A program made the translations under genes and the position numbers. DNA of 64,000 nt from Candidatus Obscuribacteraceae bacterium. GTDB taxonomy: Bacteria; Cyanobacteriota; Vampirovibrionia; Obscuribacterales; Obscuribacteraceae. Below are positions 40,893-50,459 of the stretch, piece after piece; positions within the stretch are counted from its first letter, which is position 1, and each line of letters opens with the position of its first letter. The notes under the pieces are model-generated. The model did no database searches and was not told the origin of the DNA. It saw only the letters and a program-made list of their open reading frames with translations. Location of the stretch: positions 832,001 through 896,000 of the forward strand of contig JBGAHS010000001.1 of the NCBI GenBank assembly GCA_044226015.1, given 5' to 3'.

Positions 40893-41822
40893 ATGTCTGC
40901 TGATCCATACGACGAGGTCCTAAAAACTGCCGAGGCGTCGCTGCGAGACACAGTCTCGCGACTTGGCAATTCTCATCCTGAAACCTACGCGATGTTAAAG
41001 CAATACATTGCTTTGCTGAGACAGTGCGGTCGGACGGAACAGGCGGACAAGCTCGATGTCAGAGCACAAGCTCTGAAAGACATTCTTGACCGTGAGCAAG
41101 CGGAAAAAGCCAGGGCGAAAGCTGAGGAAGAGGCCAAAGAAGCTGCCCGAAAGGCTGAAGAAGAAGCCAAGGCTGCCAGCGCTGCCCTTGAAGCTGCAAA
41201 AGCTCAGGAAGAAGCAGTAAAAGCCGCTAAAGCGGCAGAAAAAGCCCAGGAAGAGGCCCTGGCAAAAGCTGTAATGGCTATGCAATCGCCCCAGCAGACA
41301 GAAGCTGACAAGAAAAGTGAGTTAGCAAAAAAGGCGCAGAAGGCCAAGGCTGCGGCTGAAGAGGGCGTTTTTGACCTCGATATGTTCGAGGATGATGACG
41401 AAGAAAGCCTTGCCCTTGCTCTCGAGTTGGTTAAAGAAACTCCAGAACTTGCTGCACCAAAAGCCGCAGAGCCTGTAGCTGAGCCGGTGAAACAGGCTGC
41501 TTCTGACGAGCCCGTTTTCCTTTTTAACAGCCATGGAGAGCACATTGCCGTTGCCTGTGACAAAGCGCTCTTTTCTCCGCAAGGAGAGAATATAGGACGC
41601 TTGCTGGAAGACTACGATGTATATCTTGACCGTAATGGCTGGTATCTTGGTCAAATAGTGGACGGCAACCGGCTTGCGCGCGACGAAGCCTGGATACATC
41701 GCCATCTGAACTTTGGTGACCGTGGCAATGAGGGCGACCGTGCTGGTTGGGGCAGAATTGCTGATGTAGAGCGAACTTACTTTGACCGTGGTTTTGAAGA
41801 TGTGAAGTTAGGTAGTGAGTAG
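40893..41822 (+). CDS. Hypothetical protein: TPR-like N-terminus, Ala/Glu/Lys coiled coil, probable 4-fold beta-flower C-terminal domain
   Basis: LGNSHPETY TPR-like helix pair; repeated aromatic-x-x-x-G hairpins LFNSHGEHIA / LFSPQGENIG / LDRNGWYLG; GGGAG RBS. Confidence 0.7.
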   Translation: MSADPYDEVLKTAEASLRDTVSRLGNSHPETYAMLKQYIALLRQCGRTEQADKLDVRAQALKDILDREQAEKARAKAEEEAKEAARKAEEEAKAASAALEAAKAQEEAVKAAKAAEKAQEEALAKAVMAMQSPQQTEADKKSELAKKAQKAKAAAEEGVFDLDMFEDDDEESLALALELVKETPELAAPKAAEPVAEPVKQAASDEPVFLFNSHGEHIAVACDKALFSPQGENIGRLLEDYDVYLDRNGWYLGQIVDGNRLARDEAWIHRHLNFGDRGNEGDRAGWGRIADVERTYFDRGFEDVKLGSE

Positions 41823-41883
41823 GCTCAGGCGCTTGCACCATATACGCTACCATCGCCAGTGGCTCGTCTTGCTTACGTTAAGC

Positions 41884-42588
41884 TTAGCCTGGTCTGCGAT
41901 ACATCAGGCGGAATGTGGCTGAGTCTTGCCATAGCAATGCCGGTTCTACTTTTCTGTGCCATTCATGATTTTGCCATACTCTGTGACCAGCACGTAATTC
42001 GTTAAGACAGCGAACTATGGAGTCTTCGTCGCTAGCCTCGTAGATTGTCAAACGACGTGTCTGTTCACGATTGATGCTAGCGTAGCGTCTGCATGCGATC
42101 CATCCTGGAATATCCGCTATTTGAATCGGTAAGTAGGACTCCTGATACCACTCCTGGAATTCTTCGTCGACTTCAGGTTTCATTTCATGTTGCCAGACAA
42201 AAATCGGTCGATTTCCGAATGGTCCGTCCCAGGGAAGACGCTCATGAGACCATGTGTTCAGAAAGGTTATTCTTGAAAAATTGCGCAGATGATTGTTTTT
42301 CCATTGCTGGAATTCACCAACGAGATCGGCTACAGCTGGTCGTTTGAAGAGGTCATCGCAGTTCTCTACGTCAAATTCTGAGCTGAGTTCGTAGATTGTC
42401 CAGAACTGTTTGTTGTACCAGCGCAAACTTCCATTTGTGCCAATTTCCTCATAACGTCTAATGGAAACTATTTCCGGGCAGTCTCTCAGCATGGCTGGAA
42501 GAAAACGATGTTGATAAAACGCGTTGAATTCAGATTCCTTTTCCGGTGGAACGGATAATGTGACCACCATTATTGGTTTTGCAGCCAT
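41884..42588 (-). CDS. Tandem dimeric alpha/beta-barrel (EthD/DUF4286-like) protein
   Basis: Two homologous halves: PEKESEFNAFY..FLP..RRY..TIYE and PEVDEEFQEWY..YLP..RRY..TIYE. Confidence 0.75.
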   Translation of the reverse strand: MAAKPIMVVTLSVPPEKESEFNAFYQHRFLPAMLRDCPEIVSIRRYEEIGTNGSLRWYNKQFWTIYELSSEFDVENCDDLFKRPAVADLVGEFQQWKNNHLRNFSRITFLNTWSHERLPWDGPFGNRPIFVWQHEMKPEVDEEFQEWYQESYLPIQIADIPGWIACRRYASINREQTRRLTIYEASDEDSIVRCLNELRAGHRVWQNHEWHRKVEPALLWQDSATFRLMYRRPG

Positions 42589-42703
42589 TGATAACACTCA
42601 CTTTTCGAGCTGATTCTGGTGTTGGATTATACTCCAAACAGATTCATTTTGATTCTTTATTGTAAGATCTGGCGTTCCGATCACTTGATTTTAGAAGGTG
42701 TAT

Positions 42704-43387
42704 ATGGCACTAAATACGAAATTTCCTTATGCAGTCTGTTCTTTGCTGCTTCTTCTTGCTTTAGTGGGAGCTGCACCCTTATCGGCTAAATCGAGCAAGC
42801 CCCCAAAGGCAAAGACTGAGGAAACGAAAAAACTAGAAGGAAGCGCGGCTGAGAATGGCGCTGCTTCTGAACCTGTCGATAGCGACTCGAGCAAACGTAT
42901 AGAGCAGCTGGAGAAGATGCAAGAGCGGCAGGAAGAGCTCTGGTCAAAATGGCGTGATGATCGTGATAAGCTGGATGCCCAGAGGCTCGAGCTGGAAAAG
43001 ACCCGAGTAGAGCTTGAAGAACCACGGCACAAGCTTGATTTAGAAAACGTGCAGATTGACGAAAAACGATTTAAATTGGATGAGAAAAATCATGAGCTTG
43101 AGATGCAGCGGAGGAAGCTGGATGAGGAGCGTGAAAAATTAAGCCAGCAGTTCAAAGAGTTAGATAAGCAACGAGACGATATTCGGCAAGAGCATAGAAG
43201 AATTGACCAGCAAAGACTCAAGACGGAGAAGCAGCGATTGAGCCTCGATGAAGTTTCCCACCAGCTTGATTTGCGTCGATTATCACTTGACGAAAGCTCA
43301 CGAAACATTCAACACGAGAAGAGAAAATTAGAAGAACAAAAGCGCAAAGCAGATCAGAAGAAGCGCGCCGAATCAAAAAAGAACTAG
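42704..43387 (+). CDS. Secreted coiled-coil hypothetical protein
   Basis: Signal peptide (LLLLLALVGAAPLSA) and long charged heptad repeats (KLDxER-like). Confidence 0.75.
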   Translation: MALNTKFPYAVCSLLLLLALVGAAPLSAKSSKPPKAKTEETKKLEGSAAENGAASEPVDSDSSKRIEQLEKMQERQEELWSKWRDDRDKLDAQRLELEKTRVELEEPRHKLDLENVQIDEKRFKLDEKNHELEMQRRKLDEEREKLSQQFKELDKQRDDIRQEHRRIDQQRLKTEKQRLSLDEVSHQLDLRRLSLDESSRNIQHEKRKLEEQKRKADQKKRAESKKN

Positions 43388-43550
43388 GGTTTGAAAGTGT
43401 TTAAGCCTATCTGGACCCTGAATGATGATGCATCATTCAGCGGAGGACTGTGCATAAATTGACAGTCCATATTTACCCTGATGTCACGCATAATTCTCTA
43501 TATTCATAACAAGGTCAGAAACTGTTTTGAATAGCGATTTGCGAGGTTTC

Positions 43551-44315
43551 ATGAAATTGGCGTTTATTTTCGGCGGCTCGACCAGGCTATCTTTATTCCA
43601 ACTCACCCTTGCCTTTCTTCTCTTACTTTCGTTCTTTCAGGTTTCTCCTGCGTTTGCGCAGTACTATCAGAACTACGCTAGTAATAAAAATACGAACTCG
43701 CAGCAAAATGCAAACCTGCATCCAGGCATTCGACCCACTGGGGCTATTCCAGGCTCAAGGATGAATAGTCTAGAGCGGGCTTTGAATTCTGTTGAATCCA
43801 GAAGCAATTGGGCACAGGCGCCTGTATCTCCCGCAGGGCGAAGGATTGCGATGAATCCATTTGCGCAAATGCCTGCCAGAAATGTTGGGACGATATCGGC
43901 TCCAAATCCTGCCGGGTTTGGTGGATTTCCTGGTTTTAATAAGCAGGACTTGATGCGAATCTTCTTAGGTGGCTCTAGCACCGCTGGTGGTGCTAGCCGC
44001 GCGCCAGCGCCCAAGGACTTCTCCTCCCAAAATTCTAATGCCTATAATGCCTATCAGCGAGCTGAAAATGAATCGTCAAAAGCTCATGGCTGTGCCAATG
44101 GTGCAAGTTATGGAAATGATAAGTGGGGACGAAAGAACTATGCCGACCAGGCCGAGTATGCCGCAAATGCTGCTTACTACGCTGCGCAAGAAGCTCAGAA
44201 TGCTGCTTATAATGCCGGTTCTGAGGCTCAGGGCTATGCAAATCTAGCTAGAGCTGCTTCTGATCGTGCCAGAGCTGATGCGGACCGGGCTCGATACAAC
44301 GCTGATACTTTCTAG
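43551..44315 (+). CDS. Secreted hypothetical protein with Ala/Asn/Tyr-rich helical C-terminus
   Basis: Signal peptide ending PAFA; GAGG RBS before ATG 43551. Confidence 0.7.
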   Translation: MKLAFIFGGSTRLSLFQLTLAFLLLLSFFQVSPAFAQYYQNYASNKNTNSQQNANLHPGIRPTGAIPGSRMNSLERALNSVESRSNWAQAPVSPAGRRIAMNPFAQMPARNVGTISAPNPAGFGGFPGFNKQDLMRIFLGGSSTAGGASRAPAPKDFSSQNSNAYNAYQRAENESSKAHGCANGASYGNDKWGRKNYADQAEYAANAAYYAAQEAQNAAYNAGSEAQGYANLARAASDRARADADRARYNADTF

Positions 44316-44472
44316 TATTCTCTTTTTAACGATATTCAAGCAATCCGTTGCTATATGAATGTGTCGCCGGTGTGTCGCCGGATAATACAACGCATTTCTC
44401 TGATTGCTCATAGTCTTGTAATAGGCTAATGAGGATTCGACATGATACTTGTAGGTACAAGCGCATTTTTGT

Positions 44473-44499
44473 TTGACTCATCTGAGTTTCGTGTATAAT
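44473..44499 (+). promoter_or_regulatory. Probable promoter of the rtcB leader
   Basis: TTGACT (44473-44478) and perfect TATAAT (44494-44499), spacer only 15 bp; palindrome ACTCA-tc-TGAGT overlaps the -35. Confidence 0.5.
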
Positions 44500-44531
44500 G
44501 CGATAAGAGATATTTGATTGAGGTCAGCCAG

Positions 44532-44675
44532 ATGAATTTCCGGCACGAAAATTTAGCTTTCTGTGAGCGAAGATATTTTTCGTTGCATTTCTCTGTTCTC
44601 TCACTGATACCCACGTTGAGCCCGAAAACCCAAGCCATGGGCAGTTTTTGGCTGCGGCAATTAGAACCAAGGTAA
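44532..44675 (+). CDS. Putative 47-aa leader peptide (uORF) upstream of rtcB
   Basis: TGAGG RBS; MNFRHENLAFCERRYFSLHFSVLSLIPTLSPKTQAMGSFWLRQLEPR-stop; lies between the promoter and a terminator. Below the ORF-track size cutoff. Confidence 0.5.
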   Translation: MNFRHENLAFCERRYFSLHFSVLSLIPTLSPKTQAMGSFWLRQLEPR

Positions 44676-44701
44676 AAAGAATCAATATCAATAATGATGT
44701 G

Positions 44702-44739
44702 AAGACTTTGCCTGAGGATCGGCAAAGTCTTTTTGGTTT
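44702..44739 (+). terminator. Intrinsic terminator / attenuator immediately upstream of rtcB
   Basis: Perfect 11-bp stem AAGACTTTGCC-tgaggatc-GGCAAAGTCTT then TTTGGTTT, just before the rtcB RBS. Confidence 0.75.
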
Positions 44740-44762
44740 AACCACAGTAAGGAGTGTGGATT

Positions 44763-45998
44763 ATGACAAAGGAATCGAACTATTTGGTATTTCACGACAG
44801 TGGAGTGCCTGTGAAGGCATGGATTAATGGTGTTCCTATTGAGGATGAGGCCAAAAAGCAATTGCTAAATATCAGCAGAATGCCATTCATTTATAGATGG
44901 ATTGCAGCCATGCCAGATGTTCATCTCGGCAAGGGTGCTACCGTCGGTAGTGTCATTCCAACAGTCGGGGCTATCATTCCTGCTGCTGTAGGGGTAGACA
45001 TTGGCTGCGGCATGATGGCTGCTAAAACAACTTTGAAGGCAGAGCAGTTGCCTGACAATTTGAGACCGTTAAGAGAGGCGATTGAGAAGGCTGTTCCTCA
45101 TGGACGTACCGATAATGGTGGCGCGAATGATCGCGGTGCCTGGTCTGATTTGCCAAAGGCGCAGCAAGACACCTGGGAAGACTTAAAACCACGATTTGAC
45201 CGAATTTTAGAAAAGCACCCAAAACTAAGAGGCGGGCACGTGAACCATGTTCGTCATCTAGGCACATTGGGTACGGGAAATCACTTTATTGAGATTTGCC
45301 TGGATGAGAGCAATAGTGTTTGGATTATGCTTCACAGCGGTTCGAGGGGCATCGGCAATCGCATTGGCAGCTATTTCATCGATCTTGCAAAAGAAGACAT
45401 GAAGAAGTGGTTTATCAATTTGCCTGACCAGGACCTTGCTTATTTGGCTGAGGGAACTCAACATTTTGATGAGTATATCGAAGCTGTAAGCTGGGCTCAA
45501 AAGTTTGCACGCTGCAACCGTAATTTGATGATGTCTGCTGTTGTAAATGCGCTTCGTTCCTCTGGGGTTGTTCCAGACTTCGAGATGACTGATGTTGCGG
45601 TGAATTGCCACCACAACTATGTTGAGCGCGAAAAGCATTTTGGGCAAGATGTTCTACTTACGCGAAAGGGAGCGGTGAGCGCGAAAGCTGGTGAGTTGGG
45701 AATTATTCCTGGTTCAATGGGTGCATGCTCTTACATCGTTAAAGGAAAAGGCAATGCAGAAAGTTTCATGAGCTGCAGCCATGGTGCAGGACGTAAAATG
45801 TCTCGCACTGAGGCGAAGAAGACGTTCACGGTTGCTGACCATGAGAAGGCGACTGCTGGAATTGAATGTCGCAAAGATGAAGATGTCATCGATGAAACAC
45901 CTGCTGCGTATAAATCGATCGATGATGTGATGGAAGCGCAGAAAGATCTCGTTGATGTTGTGCACAAACTTAGACAGATCATCTGTGTGAAAGGTTAG
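44763..45998 (+). CDS. rtcB: RtcB family RNA ligase (3'-phosphate/5'-OH)
   Basis: AMPDVHLGKGATVG, VGVDIGCG, LGTLGTGNHFIE, HSGSRG, CHHNY, TRKGA, IPGSMG, SHGAGR, DETPAAYK; TAAGGAG RBS. Confidence 0.98.
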   Translation: MTKESNYLVFHDSGVPVKAWINGVPIEDEAKKQLLNISRMPFIYRWIAAMPDVHLGKGATVGSVIPTVGAIIPAAVGVDIGCGMMAAKTTLKAEQLPDNLRPLREAIEKAVPHGRTDNGGANDRGAWSDLPKAQQDTWEDLKPRFDRILEKHPKLRGGHVNHVRHLGTLGTGNHFIEICLDESNSVWIMLHSGSRGIGNRIGSYFIDLAKEDMKKWFINLPDQDLAYLAEGTQHFDEYIEAVSWAQKFARCNRNLMMSAVVNALRSSGVVPDFEMTDVAVNCHHNYVEREKHFGQDVLLTRKGAVSAKAGELGIIPGSMGACSYIVKGKGNAESFMSCSHGAGRKMSRTEAKKTFTVADHEKATAGIECRKDEDVIDETPAAYKSIDDVMEAQKDLVDVVHKLRQIICVKG

Positions 45999-46002
45999 AG
46001 TT

Positions 46003-46044
46003 GAGAGTCGCAGGCAAAGCTTGCGGCTCTCTTTTCTTCTTTTC
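46003..46044 (+). terminator. Intrinsic terminator after rtcB
   Basis: GAGAGTCGCAGG-caaag-CTTGCGGCTCTC then TTTTCTTCTTTTT. Confidence 0.8.
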
Positions 46045-46111
46045 CTGAGCTTGCGGGTTCCTTTGCCATCCTGCTTGCAAAGTCTGTTGGGAGAGTTCTC
46101 GCTCTTCTGTC

Positions 46112-46594
46112 TTAGTCGGTTAACTTGCTCAGCACTGCTTTTGCCGCTTTTTCTTGACCGGCAGTATCTGGTTTTGTGAAAGGTCCACACATAAAAATCA
46201 ACCAGTTGTTGCCTTTGAGCACGCAGAGTTGTGCCGGGGTTGTTGTTCGGTAAGCCGCTTCGCCGATGCCTTTAACTTCTACGCCTTTGTACATGTCTTT
46301 GCACTGAACATAAGCGCTTTTGGTCTCTTCCTTGCTTCCGTGCCTGATTAAGACACTAACCTGTGAGTTTCCGTTCTTAAGCATGTAAGCGGCAGTGCTG
46401 ACCCATGTATCTCCCACTTGAGTGTCAGCTACCGAGTTACGGCTAGATTCCTCAACCGCACCACCTAAAAGGCTCTGCGCAAGTTCTGCTGTCAACATTT
46501 TGCGCGCTCGGTTGCCAGGTTCGGCAGCTGTGACATTAAGGTTGGCTGTGGATAGTGACAGAATAGCCAAAACTGACAGGACGTGCTTCTTCAT
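46112..46594 (-). CDS. Secreted hypothetical protein
   Basis: Signal peptide MKKHVLSVLAILSLSTA; AGGAG RBS; VKGIGEAAY motif. Confidence 0.75.
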   Translation of the reverse strand: MKKHVLSVLAILSLSTANLNVTAAEPGNRARKMLTAELAQSLLGGAVEESSRNSVADTQVGDTWVSTAAYMLKNGNSQVSVLIRHGSKEETKSAYVQCKDMYKGVEVKGIGEAAYRTTTPAQLCVLKGNNWLIFMCGPFTKPDTAGQEKAAKAVLSKLTD

Positions 46595-46722
46595 CGTTAG
46601 CTCCTGATAGAGGCTACAAGTTTAGCGCGAAGCTAGAGGCTTTCCCTTAACTTCACTGAAAGATATGGATTTTAGGCGAGTGGAATGCAAAGGCATAATT
46701 GCTTGTATGCGAACAATGAATC

Positions 46723-47793
46723 CTAGCGAAACGCCGCGGGATGCTTCTTTTCCCATGCTCTAAGCGCGCGTACTCCCACTTCAAATGACTGAGCGTTCGC
46801 ATAAAAATTATGAGCACCGTCATTGCGGTCAGGATTGCGCACGTAATAAAGGTAATTGGAAGATGCGGGATTGACTGCCGCTTCAAGCGAACTAAGTCCG
46901 GGTGAAGCGATTGGACCTGGTGGAAAACCTTTGTTCAATCTTGTGTTGTATGGAGACTTGCGATCTATATCGCTCTGATAAACTTTGCCATCGTTTTTCC
47001 AGGTGCCTGCGAGTTTTGCCGCGTAGATCAATGAAGAGTCTACTCCAAGTGGAATGTCTCCTCTGATGCGGTTCTCGATGACGGATGCTACCAGTGGTCT
47101 TTCAGATTTCAATTTGGCTTCGGTTTCAATTATTGACGCTTCGGTCACAACAGTGTGTGCGTCCATCTTTCTTGAGTCTGCCATAGACTTGAGTTTGTTG
47201 AACCAAACTTCTCTGAATCTTTTCACCATCTCTTTCACTACTTCTGTTGCAGTGGAATTCGAGTCTATGAAATAGGTATCGGGAAACAAGTATCCTTCGA
47301 GATTTTTTGCTTTAGTATCGATGTCTTTGATCAAAATCGTCGCATCAAGCAACTTCATTGCTTGCTTGCGATCCCTCAATTTGAATGCTGGCACTTTCAC
47401 CATAGCATCTGCTATTTCAAATCTGGTCCACCCTTCGATGATGGTTAGACGCTCGAAATCGCCGCCTTGCTTCAATCTTTCCAGCGCTTCTAACGGAGTG
47501 ATGGGCGATGGAAAAGTATATGAGCCTGAGCGAATGACAGGATTTGCTTTAGTCAATTTCAAATAGACGCGCAGCGGAAGCGTTGTGTCCAAAATTTCTT
47601 TCGATTTGAGATCTTGCAAAATCTGGTCAAGGCTCTCACCTCTTGCTACAGCGACTGAGGCACTTGCACTCTTGTGAGATATTTTTGTATGGAGTTTCTG
47701 CCAGACCCACGCTGCAAAACCACCGCCAGCCAGTACTGCAAGAAGTAAAATAATGATGATACCGGTAAAGAATGTGCGTAACAATTTGAACAT
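46723..47793 (-). CDS. mltG: Endolytic transglycosylase MltG (YceG)
   Basis: N-terminal TM, LTIIEG, LEGYLFPDTY, ASIIETE, SPYNT, PPGPIASPG, YLYYV. Confidence 0.95.
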   Translation of the reverse strand: MFKLLRTFFTGIIIILLLAVLAGGGFAAWVWQKLHTKISHKSASASVAVARGESLDQILQDLKSKEILDTTLPLRVYLKLTKANPVIRSGSYTFPSPITPLEALERLKQGGDFERLTIIEGWTRFEIADAMVKVPAFKLRDRKQAMKLLDATILIKDIDTKAKNLEGYLFPDTYFIDSNSTATEVVKEMVKRFREVWFNKLKSMADSRKMDAHTVVTEASIIETEAKLKSERPLVASVIENRIRGDIPLGVDSSLIYAAKLAGTWKNDGKVYQSDIDRKSPYNTRLNKGFPPGPIASPGLSSLEAAVNPASSNYLYYVRNPDRNDGAHNFYANAQSFEVGVRALRAWEKKHPAAFR

Positions 47794-47983
47794 TCGATTG
47801 CAGGCAACACGCAGTGGGTCGATTTCATAATCTTACCCGGCTTTCAGCTCTGCAGTCAAAGAAAGAACTCATAAAGGCTGTTAGCAACCGATTGGCTCGT
47901 CAAGCATAATTTCAAAATGACGAAAAGGTAAGCTTTCGCCTACCTTCTCGTGGTTTTTGTGGTTGCCGGGAAGCTTTGAAGAT

Positions 47984-49459
47984 TTAGCTGCCTTCACCAT
48001 TGGCGGTGGCAGGCGTTTGCTTTTCTTTTTTCTGGAAAAAGAACCAGAACAAGAATGAAAGCAGAATTACGAACAACACTCCGTAGCTCAATACTGTTGA
48101 TTTGACAGAAATCGATGCGGTGTTGCCCATTTCAAGCAATCCACTTGTGAGAATGCCCGAAGAAATCATGAGGGCTGGTGTCAAGGCGAGGTTTTCAGCA
48201 CCGCGGCTGTTAGCCGCTTGCAGTGAAGGTCCCACAACAGCAAGTAGGAAACAGCTGGTCAGCGCAGCGGTGAACAAGCTGCAGCTTGGTTCAGAGTGAA
48301 GCAAGAAGTTGGAAAGCACTGGGGTAATGATGCAAGCGGCTAGCGTCAAGCCCAGCAAAGTGCGCCGTTCCATTTTTTCTTTGAGCAGGAGTAGCATTGC
48401 AACCCCAAGTAGCAAACCACCATATTGTGCAGCCCCTGTATAGGCATGATTCAAATTGATGCCTGTGACGTTTAAGTTGAAGTGTTGCAAATAAACTTGC
48501 ATCAACGCTCGGCTGGCAAAATAAATTCCAGGAAATAAAGCTGCGCTGGATATTGGTGCAACCATCGCGGTTGGTGCCAGTGCGAGAAGTCCGAAGGTTC
48601 CATAGAAGCGCATTGCAACCAGTGTCAGAATTCCAACTGCAAAAAGCATTCGCAGAGCTGGTTGGGCAAACATGGAATAACGTTCATCTCCGCTGAGATC
48701 CTTATATAGGTAACTAACGAAGTACCCTGCTCCGCAAAGAATGGCTAGATTTTGATATTGAACAAGGTTGAGAACTTTGATGACGACGCATAGCACTGCC
48801 AAACCAGCGCTGACAGAGAGGACTGTGCGTTTCACTAGTATGCGGTCATCGTTTCTGTTTCCGACCTTAATGAATGGACCCTGGATGAATCGCATGAGAA
48901 ATGACACAGCCATAATGCCGAGGAGTAAACCGGCTTTTTGCGTAAGTTGTGCTGGCGCGGTGTCCACTGAGCTCAGCCACATCGCTGACGTGAGCCAGAT
49001 GAAAGGCGGCACGATATCGTCGAGGTCGGAGGACTCTCCATATCCCAGGTTTTCTGCTAGCTTCACCATCACAAGACCGGTGAGAGCTGCTGCCATCCCC
49101 ACGAATTCTCCTGCTGGGGCCAGGCTGGTTAAAGCAACAGCTGCACCAGCAAGCAAAATACCTCTTAAATATGATGGCAGCCCCAACCCACTCAAAAGGT
49201 AAGTGAGTATCGATGCCCCCGCGAAATAGGAAATTGAGTTAGCGCTGGCAACTCCGAAGTGTTGTGCCAAAAACAGTAAGCCAAGGAATGGCAGGAAGAC
49301 CATCGCGAATAGACCCAGATGATTGATCACCGGCTTGAAGGAGATTTGTTTATAAACTCCATCTTTGACGAAGCGCAGTCCAAACCCCAAAAGGCTGGCA
49401 ACTATGTAGATGATTAGGACTGGGTCTGGAATCTTGATCATGTTTCTGCTGTCCTGCAT
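47984..49459 (-). CDS. Hypothetical polytopic membrane protein
   Basis: 491-aa, almost entirely hydrophobic ORF; no motif recognised. Confidence 0.78.
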   Translation of the reverse strand: MQDSRNMIKIPDPVLIIYIVASLLGFGLRFVKDGVYKQISFKPVINHLGLFAMVFLPFLGLLFLAQHFGVASANSISYFAGASILTYLLSGLGLPSYLRGILLAGAAVALTSLAPAGEFVGMAAALTGLVMVKLAENLGYGESSDLDDIVPPFIWLTSAMWLSSVDTAPAQLTQKAGLLLGIMAVSFLMRFIQGPFIKVGNRNDDRILVKRTVLSVSAGLAVLCVVIKVLNLVQYQNLAILCGAGYFVSYLYKDLSGDERYSMFAQPALRMLFAVGILTLVAMRFYGTFGLLALAPTAMVAPISSAALFPGIYFASRALMQVYLQHFNLNVTGINLNHAYTGAAQYGGLLLGVAMLLLLKEKMERRTLLGLTLAACIITPVLSNFLLHSEPSCSLFTAALTSCFLLAVVGPSLQAANSRGAENLALTPALMISSGILTSGLLEMGNTASISVKSTVLSYGVLFVILLSFLFWFFFQKKEKQTPATANGEGS

Positions 49460-49571
49460 GTTAGACTGAATTCAATGTAACACAGCGCTGTTAACAGATT
49501 TCACTTTCGACGCTAAGCGAAGGTAAAAGCATTGTTAGACAGAAATTTTACAGAGGGCTATTTCGCGCAAA

Positions 49572-50459
49572 ATGGCAAATCTGAGAATTATTTTGTTGAT
49601 GAGTATCTTTGTTTTGACCATTGGAGTCATGCTTACGACTCTTGGTTCAGAACCGAGCACCGATGAAGCTGCCTTCTTTTTGCGCAAAGTTCAGGAAGCT
49701 GATAAGCCAGTGGTGATTGCTCAATTTGGCGACAACACTTGCCATTGTCAGCCTCGAGGTGGCTTCAATGCGTTCCTGCACTTTGAGTCAGGTGAAGATG
49801 ATAATCTGGCTTTCATCTGGGGGCAAAAGTTCTTAATCGGAAGCATGAGCCAGCGGGAAATTCCAACCGTTGAAAAATTCAAGGGCAGTAATCTTCCCTG
49901 GGAGCAGCCAGAAAGTACGCAGGTAGATGTTCTGATTGCTTTTGATAAAGGCACCTACAGTCCCTACTTCTTGCCACTCGATATGGCTTATGGTCATCCG
50001 GTAAAGATCGCCGATTTGCAATCTTTCTGTAAGGACCCAAGTGCAGACTTCAATAGATCACTTGCTCTCAGGCTGCGCCCAAGTTTAGAGCCAGGTCTGC
50101 TTCCTGTTGCCGTCAAGGATCCAAACAAGAAGCCAGAGTTCACATCTGACTATTACCTGAGCTTGCTTCCTGCTGAGCAAGCAATTTATGTGAAACCTAC
50201 TGATGCTGCGGATGTCCTTATGTCTGACGGAGCAAAGAAAGCTGCTGCGAATTTTGCAGATCAGCTTCCCCGGCTGAAGTCAGCGACTTTACGCCTTGAG
50301 ATTGTTCGACGAGGACGTTTCCAGCGATGGGCGGTTAAGAAAGGTTCGGTTCGCGATCCCGTTTTTGCTCTTGCTGATGGAAAAGAACTTGCGCTTAAAA
50401 CTCCAGCACTTTTGCTTCCCAAAACTGAAGAGAAAAGTAGCGAAGATGCTGAGCATTGA
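49572..50459 (+). CDS. Hypothetical exported protein
   Basis: N-terminal hydrophobic anchor, CHC motif; GAGGG RBS. Confidence 0.75.
   Translation: MANLRIILLMSIFVLTIGVMLTTLGSEPSTDEAAFFLRKVQEADKPVVIAQFGDNTCHCQPRGGFNAFLHFESGEDDNLAFIWGQKFLIGSMSQREIPTVEKFKGSNLPWEQPESTQVDVLIAFDKGTYSPYFLPLDMAYGHPVKIADLQSFCKDPSADFNRSLALRLRPSLEPGLLPVAVKDPNKKPEFTSDYYLSLLPAEQAIYVKPTDAADVLMSDGAKKAAANFADQLPRLKSATLRLEIVRRGRFQRWAVKKGSVRDPVFALADGKELALKTPALLLPKTEEKSSEDAEH

Noticed and set aside
44426..44745. Minus-strand ORFs of 99 and 73 aa upstream of rtcB
   Set aside because: No RBS or motifs seen; they overlap a better-supported + strand promoter, leader ORF and terminator.
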